A DNA stretch of 64,000 bases. It comes from Bacteroidota bacterium (lineage in GTDB: Bacteria; Bacteroidota; Bacteroidia; CAILMK01). Where the stretch lies: contig DAIUCM010000003.1 in assembly GCA_036846145.1 (NCBI GenBank), positions 7,022-71,021 of the forward strand, written 5' to 3'. Positions 10,055-19,949 of the stretch are shown piece by piece (position 1 is the stretch's first letter; each line of letters begins with the position of its first letter). The notes below the pieces were generated by a model. The model had not been told where the DNA came from. It worked only from the letters and a program-made list of their open reading frames with translations, and did no database searches. The position numbers and the translations under genes were made by a program.

Positions 10055-11743
10055 ATGTTGAAGCAAATTAAATTTCATGTATTACTATTAATATCATTTG
10101 TTTCCTGTTCAACTTTAGATACAACTAAACGAGGCTTTGTAACCAGCAATGCCATGGTAGTTTCGGCACATCCGCTGGCTTCCAAAACAGGTTCAGATAT
10201 TTTATTGCGGGGCGGAAACGCTATCGATGCTGCAATAGCCGTTCAGTTCGCCTTGGCTGTTGTATATCCAGATGCGGGCAATATTGGTGGTGGCGGGTTT
10301 ATGGTGCTGCGTTTAAATGATGGCAGGACCGATGCATTAGATTTCAGGGAAACTGCGCCGCTCAATGCCAGCCGCGATATGTTCCTTGATAAAGACAGCA
10401 ATGTGATAAAAAATCTCAGCGAGTACGGGCATTTATCAGCAGGTGTACCGGGAACTGTTGATGGCATGGTGAAGGCACATAAAAAATATGGTTCCATGCC
10501 CTGGAACGAACTCATTCAGCCAGCAATTGATCTTGCTTATAATGGATTTCCCTTAACAGAAAAAGAGGCAAAAAAGCTGAATAAATACAAGAATGATTTT
10601 ATTAGAAATAGTACTGTTAAACCGGACTTTATAATTAAAGAACGTTGGAAGCAAGGAGATACGCTGCGCTTACCTGAGCTTGCAAATACGTTGGAAATGA
10701 TTCGCGACTCCGGCAGAGCCGGTTTTTACGAAGGGTCGATAGCTAAAAATATAGTTGATGAGATGCAGCGAGGCGGCGGCTTAATCAGTTTCGATGATCT
10801 TAAAAAATATGAATCAATCTGGCGAACGCCGCTAACCGGAAAATACAAAGAATACAATATTATCTCCATGCCGCCGCCTTCAAGTGGTGGAATAGCCTTG
10901 ATACAACTTCTTACCATTGCCAAAGACTATCCATTAAAAAAATGGAAATGGAACTCAGCGAATACAATACATCTGATGGCTGAAGCTGAGAAGCGGGTAT
11001 ATGCGGACAGGGCTAAACATCTTGGCGATCCCGTATATTATGATGTACCGGTTAATGGTTTGTTGGATACAGGATACATCAAACAAAGAATGGCAGATTT
11101 TTTAATTAGCAACGCAACTCCCTCGAAAAAAATAAATGCCGGTAACCCACCCAAGCCAGAAAGTAAAGAAACAACGCATTATTCTATTATAGACCAGTTT
11201 GGCAACGCGGTTTCCTGCACAACTACGCTAAATGGTTCTTTTGGCTCCAAGGTTTTTGTTGCCGGTTCAGGCTTCCTGTTAAATAATGAAATGGATGATT
11301 TCAGCATAAAACCTGATCACCCGAATAAATACGGCCTTGTTGGCGGCGAAGCCAATGCCATTGCGCCGGATAAACGTATGCTAAGCTCTATGACACCAAC
11401 AATCCTTGAAAAAAACGGGAAGTTATTTATGGTAGTTGGAAGCCCCGGCGGATCGACAATCATTACTTCAGTGTTTCAAACAATATTAAACGTTACGGAA
11501 CATGATTTTTCTATGCAGGCAGCGGTAAATGCAAAACGCTTTCACCACCAATGGAAACCCGCCTGGATACAAACGGAATGGGCCACCATAAATTTCAGCA
11601 CCGGCATGAAACTAATTTTTAAAGGCCACAAAATAATACCTATTGGCGATATTGGCAGGGTGGACGCTGTTCTTGTATTGCCAGATGGCAGGCTTGAAGG
11701 CGGGGCCGACTTGCGTGGAGATGATTACGCTGCTGGATTTTAG
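10055..11743 (+). CDS. ggt: Gamma-glutamyltransferase (lipoprotein signal)
   Basis: GGNAIDAA, DFRETAP, autocleavage E-TTHYS, LNNEMDDFS, LSSMTPT, GSPGG. Confidence 0.95.
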   Translation: MLKQIKFHVLLLISFVSCSTLDTTKRGFVTSNAMVVSAHPLASKTGSDILLRGGNAIDAAIAVQFALAVVYPDAGNIGGGGFMVLRLNDGRTDALDFRETAPLNASRDMFLDKDSNVIKNLSEYGHLSAGVPGTVDGMVKAHKKYGSMPWNELIQPAIDLAYNGFPLTEKEAKKLNKYKNDFIRNSTVKPDFIIKERWKQGDTLRLPELANTLEMIRDSGRAGFYEGSIAKNIVDEMQRGGGLISFDDLKKYESIWRTPLTGKYKEYNIISMPPPSSGGIALIQLLTIAKDYPLKKWKWNSANTIHLMAEAEKRVYADRAKHLGDPVYYDVPVNGLLDTGYIKQRMADFLISNATPSKKINAGNPPKPESKETTHYSIIDQFGNAVSCTTTLNGSFGSKVFVAGSGFLLNNEMDDFSIKPDHPNKYGLVGGEANAIAPDKRMLSSMTPTILEKNGKLFMVVGSPGGSTIITSVFQTILNVTEHDFSMQAAVNAKRFHHQWKPAWIQTEWATINFSTGMKLIFKGHKIIPIGDIGRVDAVLVLPDGRLEGGADLRGDDYAAGF

Positions 11744-11776
11744 TTTAAATATTATTTAAAAAATTTATTCTTATTT

Positions 11777-12904
11777 CTACTTCGGATCAATACGTATAAC
11801 CTGATTAGTCTTCTCGTTCACAAACCATAGTTTCCCATCAGGTCCTAACCTCAAACCAAGTATACCAGGATTTCCTGTATTAATACGACCGATTTCTTTT
11901 TTTTCATTTACGTTATAGGCAATTATTTCACCAGTTGCGTGGTCACTTACAAATAATCTTCCATCAATTATCTCAATACCTGATGGCTCAGTTAAGCCCG
12001 CATCGATAAAGACTTCCCATTTTGCCTCTTCCATCTCCCAGTGTTCGGCAAGTTCTTCATTTATTAGTTGCAGGTCTATCTTTTTCTTTCCTGCTTTAGT
12101 GTCCATACGTAGAATCCGCTTGTTTCCAGCATCACATATGTAAAGCCAATTTGTTTTTTTATCAAGCACAATATGGCTTGGTACTTTTGTACTCCGTTTC
12201 ACTTTTACCTCAGTATAACGGTGAATTCTGCCATCAGAATGATCATCATTTCCAGGACCATGATCATGTGCAAAGTCATAATAAACTATGTGATTATTAT
12301 AGCCGTCATAAACCCAGAATGAATTATTCATTTCGCTTGCGATTCCCATAGAAAAAGGACTACCGTGTAGCATATCTAAATGGCTACCATTTCCGCCAGA
12401 TGGCTTAGCATAGATTTCAAGATCGGAAGACCAAAGTGCTGGACCAGCAAATGTTCCGCCAATATGATTTGCATCTTTCACTCCAGAGCTTGTTGCAAAA
12501 TTTCCATTTTCACTAAACGAAATACCTGTTGGCAAGGACATAAAATGCCAAGAATTTTCATCTTTTCTGTACTCTGTTGTTTGATTATCCTTACCGGCGT
12601 TAAAAATTAAAACTGTGCTGCCACCAGTTGCTTCCGTTCCTTTATTTATAATCCAAAGTTCATTCAAACGTGTAGGATTGAAATCCAAATCTTGGGGAAT
12701 AGCAATTTTATCTGTTGATGATGCGACTAACTTATATTCCGGTATGGACTTTCCATATTCCGCTTCTAAAGCTGCATTAAAAAACTCCGGTATCGTATTA
12801 ATCTTTTCCTGTGAAGTAGGCGTATCTTCAACTGGATTATCTTTTTTACAAGAGAAGACAAGTATACATATTAAATTAAGCAGCAGCAAAAGGCGAATTT
12901 TCAT
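11777..12904 (-). CDS. Uncharacterised beta-propeller lipoprotein with His/Met/Asp motifs
   Basis: Lipobox VFSC; repeated blade-like units (PQDLDF, PTGISF, SMGIA, PSHIVL, PSGIEI); HLDMLH and DHGPGNDDHSDG. Confidence 0.7.
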   Translation of the reverse strand: MKIRLLLLLNLICILVFSCKKDNPVEDTPTSQEKINTIPEFFNAALEAEYGKSIPEYKLVASSTDKIAIPQDLDFNPTRLNELWIINKGTEATGGSTVLIFNAGKDNQTTEYRKDENSWHFMSLPTGISFSENGNFATSSGVKDANHIGGTFAGPALWSSDLEIYAKPSGGNGSHLDMLHGSPFSMGIASEMNNSFWVYDGYNNHIVYYDFAHDHGPGNDDHSDGRIHRYTEVKVKRSTKVPSHIVLDKKTNWLYICDAGNKRILRMDTKAGKKKIDLQLINEELAEHWEMEEAKWEVFIDAGLTEPSGIEIIDGRLFVSDHATGEIIAYNVNEKKEIGRINTGNPGILGLRLGPDGKLWFVNEKTNQVIRIDPK

Positions 12905-13053
12905 TTTTTGAAATTTTAGTGCTTCAAATTACAAAATATATTTTGTAATTGAGTCAATTTTAACGAAATATATGGTCCATAGTTTCGTGGTCAACGAGTA
13001 CTTTGAACAATGCGTGACTTAAAGTTTTATCATTTCAGACAAATTTCATAGGT

Positions 13054-13452
13054 TTGTATTCCATGCCAAGATTAATTAGTATAGTGCTATTGTTTTTGTA
13101 TACGTTTAGCGTATCGGGCATCACTATATCTAATCATTATTGCGGCGGAAAGCTAAGAGCTATCCATATTATGAAGCATGATGGAGATTTTCACTCCAAA
13201 AATTGCTGTAAAAAAGGTAAAATGGACGATGGTTGCTGTGAAGATAAAAACTTCCAGCTTGAAAATAAAAAGCATTATACTGGTTCAGATAAAAATTTCA
13301 AAGTAGAAACTTCCCATAGTCTTATATTCCAACCTGAATTTTGTATCATTCCATTTAGTTCCGACAGGGCTGATAATTTCCAAGCAAATTATCATAGCCC
13401 ACCTATACACTCTCCGCCGGTTTATTTGCTTAACTGTATTTTCCTTATTTGA
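13054..13452 (+). CDS. HYC_CC_PP family protein
   Basis: HYCGG, CC, CC and HSPP motifs typical of this Bacteroidota family found ahead of metal operons. Confidence 0.85.
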   Translation: MYSMPRLISIVLLFLYTFSVSGITISNHYCGGKLRAIHIMKHDGDFHSKNCCKKGKMDDGCCEDKNFQLENKKHYTGSDKNFKVETSHSLIFQPEFCIIPFSSDRADNFQANYHSPPIHSPPVYLLNCIFLI

Positions 13453-13466
13453 TTCAACGACATTTT

Positions 13467-13529
13467 TAACCTGCTAAATCTTTCTGATTTTGCAGGTTAC
13501 TTTACATTGATGCGCCCTTAAGGGTGCAT
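13467..13529 (+). promoter_or_regulatory. Two consecutive stem-loops in the HYC_CC_PP-csp intergenic region
   Basis: TAACCTGC.AAATC/GATTT.GCAGGTTA (13467-13499) and ATGCGCCCT/AGGGTGCAT (13510-13529). Confidence 0.5.
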
Positions 13530-13566
13530 TATATTTCTATTTCTAACCCACTAAATTTTATTTATT

Positions 13567-13902
13567 ATGCATCAACAAAATCAGGAACTTATCCAGACAT
13601 TGCTTGATTGCGCCATCGAATGTAACCATTGTTTTGACGCCTGCTTGCAGGAAGAAAATGTAAAGATGATGGCTCGCTGTATTAAGCTCGACAGAGATTG
13701 CGCTGATCATTGTATGCAAGCAGCTTCTATGTTGTCCAGCAATTCGGAATTGGTTAAAATAATGTTAAAAATGTGCGCCGACTGCTGTGATATGTGTGCC
13801 GAAGAATGTGAAAAGCACGAGCACGATCATTGTAAACGCTGCGCTGAAGCTTGCAGAAAATGCGCAGAGGCTTGCAGGAATTTTAATCCTCTAAGAGCAT
13901 AA
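13567..13902 (+). CDS. Four-helix-bundle copper storage protein (Csp3/DUF326-like), cytosolic
   Basis: 17 Cys in CxxxC/CxxC spacing, no signal peptide. Confidence 0.88.
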   Translation: MHQQNQELIQTLLDCAIECNHCFDACLQEENVKMMARCIKLDRDCADHCMQAASMLSSNSELVKIMLKMCADCCDMCAEECEKHEHDHCKRCAEACRKCAEACRNFNPLRA

Positions 13903-13926
13903 TGTTCTCAGGCTAAATTTATTATA

Positions 13927-14145
13927 ATGAACAAAACAATAACAGGTTACTCACTTCTCATTTTCTTCCTCAATTCATGCACTATAGAGATAAAGCAGGA
14001 TAAAAGTGCTGGCGAAGATGGCACAAAATCTCCAAACAGTGGATTTATTTGCCCTATGGACTGCGAGAATGGAAAAATTTATAACGAAAAAGTAAATTGT
14101 CCAATATGTGGGATGGAACTTGAAATTTATAAAAATAGCAAATAA
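13927..14145 (+). CDS. Small lipoprotein with heavy-metal-binding (CPM..C..CGM) domain
   Basis: Lipobox LNSC; ICPMDC...CPICGMEL. Confidence 0.75.
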   Translation: MNKTITGYSLLIFFLNSCTIEIKQDKSAGEDGTKSPNSGFICPMDCENGKIYNEKVNCPICGMELEIYKNSK

Positions 14146-14177
14146 AGATTTACTTAAAACCTTAAACACTTTGTAAT

Positions 14178-14816
14178 ATGATCTTAAATAAAATAATTTT
14201 TACCTTAATTACTGCTGCTGGAATCTCATTTACAGCTTGTGATAATGACAATAACAACCCTGATAACAAACCTTCAGGCCACCAACATCCGGCTGCTCAG
14301 CCACATGATCAGAATATAATGATGACGATCATGCATAATTCAATGAATATGGATTCGATGAAACACAGTGGCGATCCTGATCATGATTTTGCGATAATGA
14401 TGAAAGATCACCATATGGGTGCAATAAAAATGGCGGAAGAAGAATTGAAAACCGGTGACGATGCCAAAATGCGTGAGATGGCGACCATGATGAAAGAAAT
14501 GCAGGAAAAAGAGATCTTGGAGCTTGATAGCTTCTTGAAGGCACATCAACCAACTGGAATGAATATGGACTTCACGTCTGAAGCTAAAGCTGCAATGCAT
14601 AAAATGGAAACAGATGCCGATAAACAACTATTAACAGGCGATACAGACCATGATTTTGCATCCTTGATGATCCCTCATCATGTCAGCGCAACGGATATGG
14701 CTACATCTTATTTAAAATATGGAAAAGATGGAAAACTTAGGGCTATGGCCGAGAAAATGGTGTCAGATCAGAAAAAGGAAATTACTGAATTACAAACTTG
14801 GCTAAAATACAATTAA
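14178..14816 (+). CDS. DUF305 (CopM-like) Met/His-rich lipoprotein
   Basis: Lipobox FTAC; two D.DFA..M..HH..A..MA repeats. Confidence 0.85.
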   Translation: MILNKIIFTLITAAGISFTACDNDNNNPDNKPSGHQHPAAQPHDQNIMMTIMHNSMNMDSMKHSGDPDHDFAIMMKDHHMGAIKMAEEELKTGDDAKMREMATMMKEMQEKEILELDSFLKAHQPTGMNMDFTSEAKAAMHKMETDADKQLLTGDTDHDFASLMIPHHVSATDMATSYLKYGKDGKLRAMAEKMVSDQKKEITELQTWLKYN

Positions 14817-14835
14817 TTTTTAACAATCAGATTTT

Positions 14836-15438
14836 ATGAAAGCTATCCACTTATCAATGGTTATGATGATTGCAGGTTTTTTATTTTCCTGCAACAATGA
14901 AGGAAATTCTACCGAAAATAAAAATGTAGAGAAAGAAGGCACAACAGTATCAACACGACAAACAAGCAATGAAACTGCTACCACTACTAATGCCGATAAC
15001 TCCAATAACCCTATCAATAATATTTTAAGTACTTATCTTGATATAAAAAATGCTTTGGCAGCAGACAACAGTCAAGATGCGGCAAATGCCGGTAAAGCTA
15101 TGCACGAGGCGTTACAAAATGTTGACAAATCTGCCATGGATGCAAAGCAAAAAGCTGCTTTTGAAGAAGTTGAAGAGGATGTTAATGAACACGCTGAGCA
15201 TATTAACGAAAACAAAAATAACATAAAACACCAGAGAGAACATTTCGACCTGCTGAGCCAGGATATGTATGACCTGGTAAAAGCGTTTGGTGCCGGGCGT
15301 ACACTGTATCAGGCCAATTGTTCTATGTACAACAATAACAAAGGCGCTTCCTGGCTGAGTGAGAGCAAAGACATTAAAAATCCTTATTATGGTGATGAAA
15401 TGTTAACGTGCGGGACAATTGAGGAAGAAATCAAGTAA
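14836..15438 (+). CDS. DUF3347 domain lipoprotein
   Basis: Lipobox LFSC; YLDIKNALAAD, HQREHF, CSM...GA.WLS...IKNPYYG..ML.CG. Confidence 0.85.
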   Translation: MKAIHLSMVMMIAGFLFSCNNEGNSTENKNVEKEGTTVSTRQTSNETATTTNADNSNNPINNILSTYLDIKNALAADNSQDAANAGKAMHEALQNVDKSAMDAKQKAAFEEVEEDVNEHAEHINENKNNIKHQREHFDLLSQDMYDLVKAFGAGRTLYQANCSMYNNNKGASWLSESKDIKNPYYGDEMLTCGTIEEEIK

Positions 15439-15444
15439 TACAAA

Positions 15445-15912
15445 ATGAGCCGCAAGAAGAAATTTCTACTGGTTATTTTTATTTTGCTGCTGACAATTCA
15501 AGTTGTACAGCCGGCAAAAAATAAGAATAACCAGGTTTCTGCGGCGGATATTTCCAAAACTCTCCAAGTACCTGCTGAGATACAAAAAACACTTGAGAAT
15601 TCCTGTTATGATTGTCATAGCAATAACACCCGATATCCATGGTATACATATATTCAGCCATTTGGCTGGTTTTTGAATTCACATATCACTGAAGGTAAAA
15701 AAGATTTAAATTTTAGTGAATTCTCCAGCTACAGTAGGCGCCGGCAGATAAGCAAATTTAGAGCAATGCTCAGCCAGATCAATGATGATGAAATGCCATT
15801 GCAATCATACATTTTAATTCATACTGACGCCAAACTGAATACGCGGGAGAAAACGCAACTTACTCAATGGATCAATAAAACTATAGACAGCCTATCGGTC
15901 AATAAAAAATAA
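15445..15912 (+). CDS. Haem-binding domain (c-type cytochrome, Haem_bd) protein
   Basis: CYDCH haem motif, YPWY, LNFSE, MP...Y. Confidence 0.85.
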   Translation: MSRKKKFLLVIFILLLTIQVVQPAKNKNNQVSAADISKTLQVPAEIQKTLENSCYDCHSNNTRYPWYTYIQPFGWFLNSHITEGKKDLNFSEFSSYSRRRQISKFRAMLSQINDDEMPLQSYILIHTDAKLNTREKTQLTQWINKTIDSLSVNKK

Positions 15913-15949
15913 TTTACAAAAAAATGTAATAGAAATATAAATTATTCGG

Positions 15950-18061
15950 ATGAAAGAAAATACAAACCACCAGCATCTACAGCACCACAATCATCATATG
16001 CATAAAACTCATATGCAGTCAAAGGAAAAAATGCCTGGGCAAGTTATGGAAAATAATCATCCACATGCGCATCACGGTGCCAAGCAAGATGCCCATAGTG
16101 ATCATGGCGGTCATAGCGGCCACGAAGGTATGATTGATGATTTCCGCAAAAGGTTCTGGGTTTCGACTATTCTTTCCATACCAGTCGTAGTTTTATCGCC
16201 AATGGTGCAGCACCTATTGGGTTTTACAGTTACAGTTCCCGGACAAAAGTATATTGTAGCCATACTTGCCAGTATAATATTCTTTTATGGTGGCTGGCCG
16301 TTTCTACAAGGTCTATATAATGAGTTGCGAAGAAATGCTTTGGGCATGATGACGCTCATTGGCCTGGCAATAACGGTTGCTTATGTGTATAGTACAGCGG
16401 TTGTATTTGGCTTAGAAGGAATGGATTTCTACTGGGAGCTTGCTACACTGATCGATATTATGCTTATAGGTCACTGGATGGAGATGAAAAGCATTATGGG
16501 TGCATCTCGCGCTTTGGAACTTCTGGTGAGTATGATGCCATCTGAAGCTCATCTTATCAGAAATGGTGAAGTAGTAAATGTTAAACTGGAAGAACTTCAA
16601 CCCGGCGATAGTATTATGGTAAAGCCTGGAGAGAAAATACCTGCTGACGGATTAGTTGTAGAAGGCGAAAGTGAAATAAATGAATCGATGCTGACCGGTG
16701 AATCAAAACCGATAAAAAAAATAGAAGGTTCAGAAGTTATAGGTGGCTCTGTAAACGGCAACGGATCTTTAAAAATTGAAGTAAAAAACACCGGAAAAAA
16801 TTCATATCTGAATAAAGTAATCACACTTGTTCAACAGGCACAGAATTCTAAATCAAATACGCAGCACCTGGCCGATAGGGCTGCAAAATGGCTTGCTATA
16901 ATTGCGCTCACAGTGGGTATTCTAACTCTTGGGGTATGGCTCATACTGGGTTCCCCGTTTGATTACGCCTTAGAGCGGATGGTTACTGTAATGGTGATAT
17001 CCTGTCCTCATGCTTTAGGATTGGCTGTTCCACTTGTTGTTGCTATTTCAACAGCTATTTCTGCCAGGAAGGGTTTGCTGATTCGTAACCGTACTGCTTT
17101 CGAAAACTCAAGGAAAATAAGCCTTATCGTATTTGATAAAACGGGTACATTAACAAAAGGCTCGCATGAAGTTGCACGTGTAATTTCGATTGATCCATTA
17201 ATTTCTGAATCAGAACTAATACGTTTAGCTTCTGGTCTGGAACAACATTCAGAACACCATATTTCAAAAGGCATCCTGAAATACGCGAAAGAAACAAATA
17301 TTCCTTTCTCTAATTCATCGCAGTTTAATTATTTGCCAGGCTTAGGTGTGGAAGGAATTGTCGAAGGAAAAAATTTAAAGGTTGTTGGCCCTAACTATCT
17401 TAAAGAAAATAATATATATCTACCGGCAGAATTGCAAGCTGATGAAGCTGTGGAAACGGTAGTATATATATGGATTGATGGAAAAATAGTTGGTCTTGTA
17501 GCTATGGCTGACCAGATTCGTGAAGAATCTCTGGAAGCTATAAAAATCCTTCAAGAGCATGGAATTAAAAATCTTTTACTGACAGGTGATAATGAACGTG
17601 TGGCAAATAAGGTCAACCAGCAGCTTGGTATGGATGGTTTTCTTGCAAATGTGCTACCCCACCAAAAACAGGAAAAGATAAAAGAATTACAGCAAAAGGG
17701 AGATTTTGTAGCCATGACCGGGGATGGTGTTAATGATGCACCTGCCCTCGCCCAGTCAGACGTTGGTATTGCTGTTGGATCAGGAACTGACGTAGCCGCA
17801 GAAACTGCTGATATAATATTGGTAAACAGCAATCCGAAAGATATCGCAAACCTGATATTATTCGGTCGGGCAACATACCGAAAAATGATGCAAAACCTAT
17901 TCTGGGCAACGGGTTATAACATAATTGCAATCCCGTTGGCAGCGGGTGTTTTATCTCCATGGGGTATAGTATTAAGCCCGGCATTAGGTGCTGTCCTGAT
18001 GAGTCTCAGCACCATAATTGTGGCGATAAACGCGCAGTTACTTCGCAGAAGTATGAATTGA
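15950..18061 (+). CDS. copB: Copper-translocating P1B-3 ATPase with His-rich N-terminus
   Basis: CPH, DKTGTLT, YN, MSLST; His-rich N-terminal tail. Confidence 0.9.
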   Translation: MKENTNHQHLQHHNHHMHKTHMQSKEKMPGQVMENNHPHAHHGAKQDAHSDHGGHSGHEGMIDDFRKRFWVSTILSIPVVVLSPMVQHLLGFTVTVPGQKYIVAILASIIFFYGGWPFLQGLYNELRRNALGMMTLIGLAITVAYVYSTAVVFGLEGMDFYWELATLIDIMLIGHWMEMKSIMGASRALELLVSMMPSEAHLIRNGEVVNVKLEELQPGDSIMVKPGEKIPADGLVVEGESEINESMLTGESKPIKKIEGSEVIGGSVNGNGSLKIEVKNTGKNSYLNKVITLVQQAQNSKSNTQHLADRAAKWLAIIALTVGILTLGVWLILGSPFDYALERMVTVMVISCPHALGLAVPLVVAISTAISARKGLLIRNRTAFENSRKISLIVFDKTGTLTKGSHEVARVISIDPLISESELIRLASGLEQHSEHHISKGILKYAKETNIPFSNSSQFNYLPGLGVEGIVEGKNLKVVGPNYLKENNIYLPAELQADEAVETVVYIWIDGKIVGLVAMADQIREESLEAIKILQEHGIKNLLLTGDNERVANKVNQQLGMDGFLANVLPHQKQEKIKELQQKGDFVAMTGDGVNDAPALAQSDVGIAVGSGTDVAAETADIILVNSNPKDIANLILFGRATYRKMMQNLFWATGYNIIAIPLAAGVLSPWGIVLSPALGAVLMSLSTIIVAINAQLLRRSMN

Positions 18062-18113
18062 AGAAACTGAAATTATGTAAAATTTAATCAGAATTATGCA
18101 ACACTAACGGCAC

Positions 18114-18134
18114 ACTACATGCAAACCATGTAGT
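18114..18134. promoter_or_regulatory. Perfect 8-bp inverted repeat upstream of the copZ-like gene (candidate operator or RNA stem)
   Basis: ACTACATG-CAAAC-CATGTAGT. Confidence 0.35.
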
Positions 18135-18147
18135 AAATTCTTAAAAA

Positions 18148-18363
18148 ATGAAAACATTAAAATTCAAAACAAACATCAATTGTAGCGGCTGTGTAGCCAA
18201 TGTAACTCCATACCTCAACGGCAGTGAAAAAATTGAAAAGTGGGATGTAGACACTAATAATCCTGAGAAAATACTTACGGTTGAAGGTAAAGAAATTAAG
18301 AAAGAAGAAATTATCAACCTCGTTCAGAAAGCTGGATATAAAATCGAAGAAAAAAACCAATAA
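18148..18363 (+). CDS. HMA-domain copper chaperone (CopZ-like)
   Basis: INCSGC motif, AGY terminus, 71 aa. Confidence 0.88.
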   Translation: MKTLKFKTNINCSGCVANVTPYLNGSEKIEKWDVDTNNPEKILTVEGKEIKKEEIINLVQKAGYKIEEKNQ

Positions 18364-18385
18364 ACCAATAAACCAATATAAAATT

Positions 18386-18658
18386 ATGAAAAAGATTCTA
18401 CTGCTTTCAACCATCTTAACAATTTTCTTCATTGCGTGTGAAAATCAAAGCGGAAACACCGGTAATACGGAAAATCATGATCAACATGGTACTACCGGAA
18501 CGGAAACAACCACAACACCGGATAACTCTACAGTTACTGCTGGCCAGGTTTACACATGTCCAATGCATCCGGAAGTAACAAGTGATAAACCAGGTAAATG
18601 CCCAAAATGTAAGATGGACCTTGTACTTCAAGAAGACGCGCAAGATACAGCAGAATAA
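18386..18658 (+). CDS. Lipoprotein with heavy-metal-binding domain
   Basis: Start reassigned to ATG 18386 (MKKILLL..FIAC lipobox); YTCPMHPEV...CPKCKMDL. Confidence 0.8.
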   Translation: MKKILLLSTILTIFFIACENQSGNTGNTENHDQHGTTGTETTTTPDNSTVTAGQVYTCPMHPEVTSDKPGKCPKCKMDLVLQEDAQDTAE

Positions 18659-18670
18659 AATAATATTTTC

Positions 18671-19948
18671 ATGATAGAAAAGCTCATTTCATGGTCCATT
18701 CATAACCGGTTTTTTGTATGGCTGGGGATTTTATTTATCATTATTGGTGGTATTTATTCTGTAAGCACTACCAATGTAGATGCCATCCCTGACCTTTCAG
18801 AGAACCAGGTAATTATATATACCGAATGGATGGGCCGTAACCCGCAGATCATGGAAGACCAGGTAACTTATCCACTGGTTTCCAATTTGCAGGGCATACC
18901 AAATATCAAAGCTATAAGAGCAAATTCCATGTTTGGCATGAGTTTTATCTTCGTTATTTTCCAGGATGATGTGGATATTTACTGGGCGCGTACGCGTGTA
19001 TTGGAACGGCTGAATTACGCACAGAGAGCTTTACCGGAAGGCATATCACCAACTCTTGGCCCTGACGGAACCGGCGTAGGTCATATTTTCTGGTACACAT
19101 TAGATGCAAAAGGTTATGATCTGGGTGAGCTACGTGCCTTGCAGGATTGGTATGTAAAATTCGCTTTGCAGAAAGTGGAAGGTGTAAGTGAAGTGGCATC
19201 ATTCGGTGGATTTCAGAAACAGTACCAGGTTGCGCTCGATCCGCATAAATTGGTGTATTATGGCATTTCCGTTATGCAGGTCGCCGATGTTCTTCGTGCA
19301 AGCAACCGTGAAGTCGGCGGTAGTTTGCTGGAAGTGAATGATGTGGGTCTGATGATACGCGGCCTTGGTTACATCAAAAGCATTGATGACATTAAGAACA
19401 TCTCGCTTGGGGAATACAAATCCATTCCGGTTACGCTGAAAGATGTTGCTTCTGTACAGATGAGCAGTGACATCAGGCTGGGAATTACGGAAGAAAATGG
19501 TAATGGTGAAGTTGTTGGCGGCATCATTGTAATGAGATACGGTGAAAACGCTAAAGAAGTCATTGACCGTGTAAAAGAGCGTATGAAAGATGTTCAGCGC
19601 GGTTTACCTGCTGGCGTTAAATTTAAAGTAGCTTATGATCGGAGCAACCTGATTGAAGCGGCCATTGCAACGCTGCGCGAAGCGCTGATCGAGGAGATTA
19701 TTGTCGTATCGCTGGTTGTTCTTGTTTTTCTTTTCCATGTGCGGAGCGCTATTGTAGCCATCGTAACCATACCTTTAGCGGTATTAATCGGATTTATTCT
19801 TATACGGTTATTTGATATTGATCTGAATATTATGACATTGGGTGGCATTGCGCTGGCTATTGGTGATTTGGTTGATGCAGGAATTGTAATGGTAGAAAAT
19901 ACATATCGCCAGCTTACGGATGCGGTGATTGAAAAAGAAGAGGTGTAA
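18671..19948 (+). CDS. cusA: CusA-family RND permease, N-terminal part (TM1, periplasmic domain 1, TM2-4)
   Basis: DAIPDLSENQVI, GPDGTGVG, SFGGF, IGDLVDAG.VMVEN. Confidence 0.88.
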   Translation: MIEKLISWSIHNRFFVWLGILFIIIGGIYSVSTTNVDAIPDLSENQVIIYTEWMGRNPQIMEDQVTYPLVSNLQGIPNIKAIRANSMFGMSFIFVIFQDDVDIYWARTRVLERLNYAQRALPEGISPTLGPDGTGVGHIFWYTLDAKGYDLGELRALQDWYVKFALQKVEGVSEVASFGGFQKQYQVALDPHKLVYYGISVMQVADVLRASNREVGGSLLEVNDVGLMIRGLGYIKSIDDIKNISLGEYKSIPVTLKDVASVQMSSDIRLGITEENGNGEVVGGIIVMRYGENAKEVIDRVKERMKDVQRGLPAGVKFKVAYDRSNLIEAAIATLREALIEEIIVVSLVVLVFLFHVRSAIVAIVTIPLAVLIGFILIRLFDIDLNIMTLGGIALAIGDLVDAGIVMVENTYRQLTDAVIEKEEV

Positions 19949-19949
19949 T

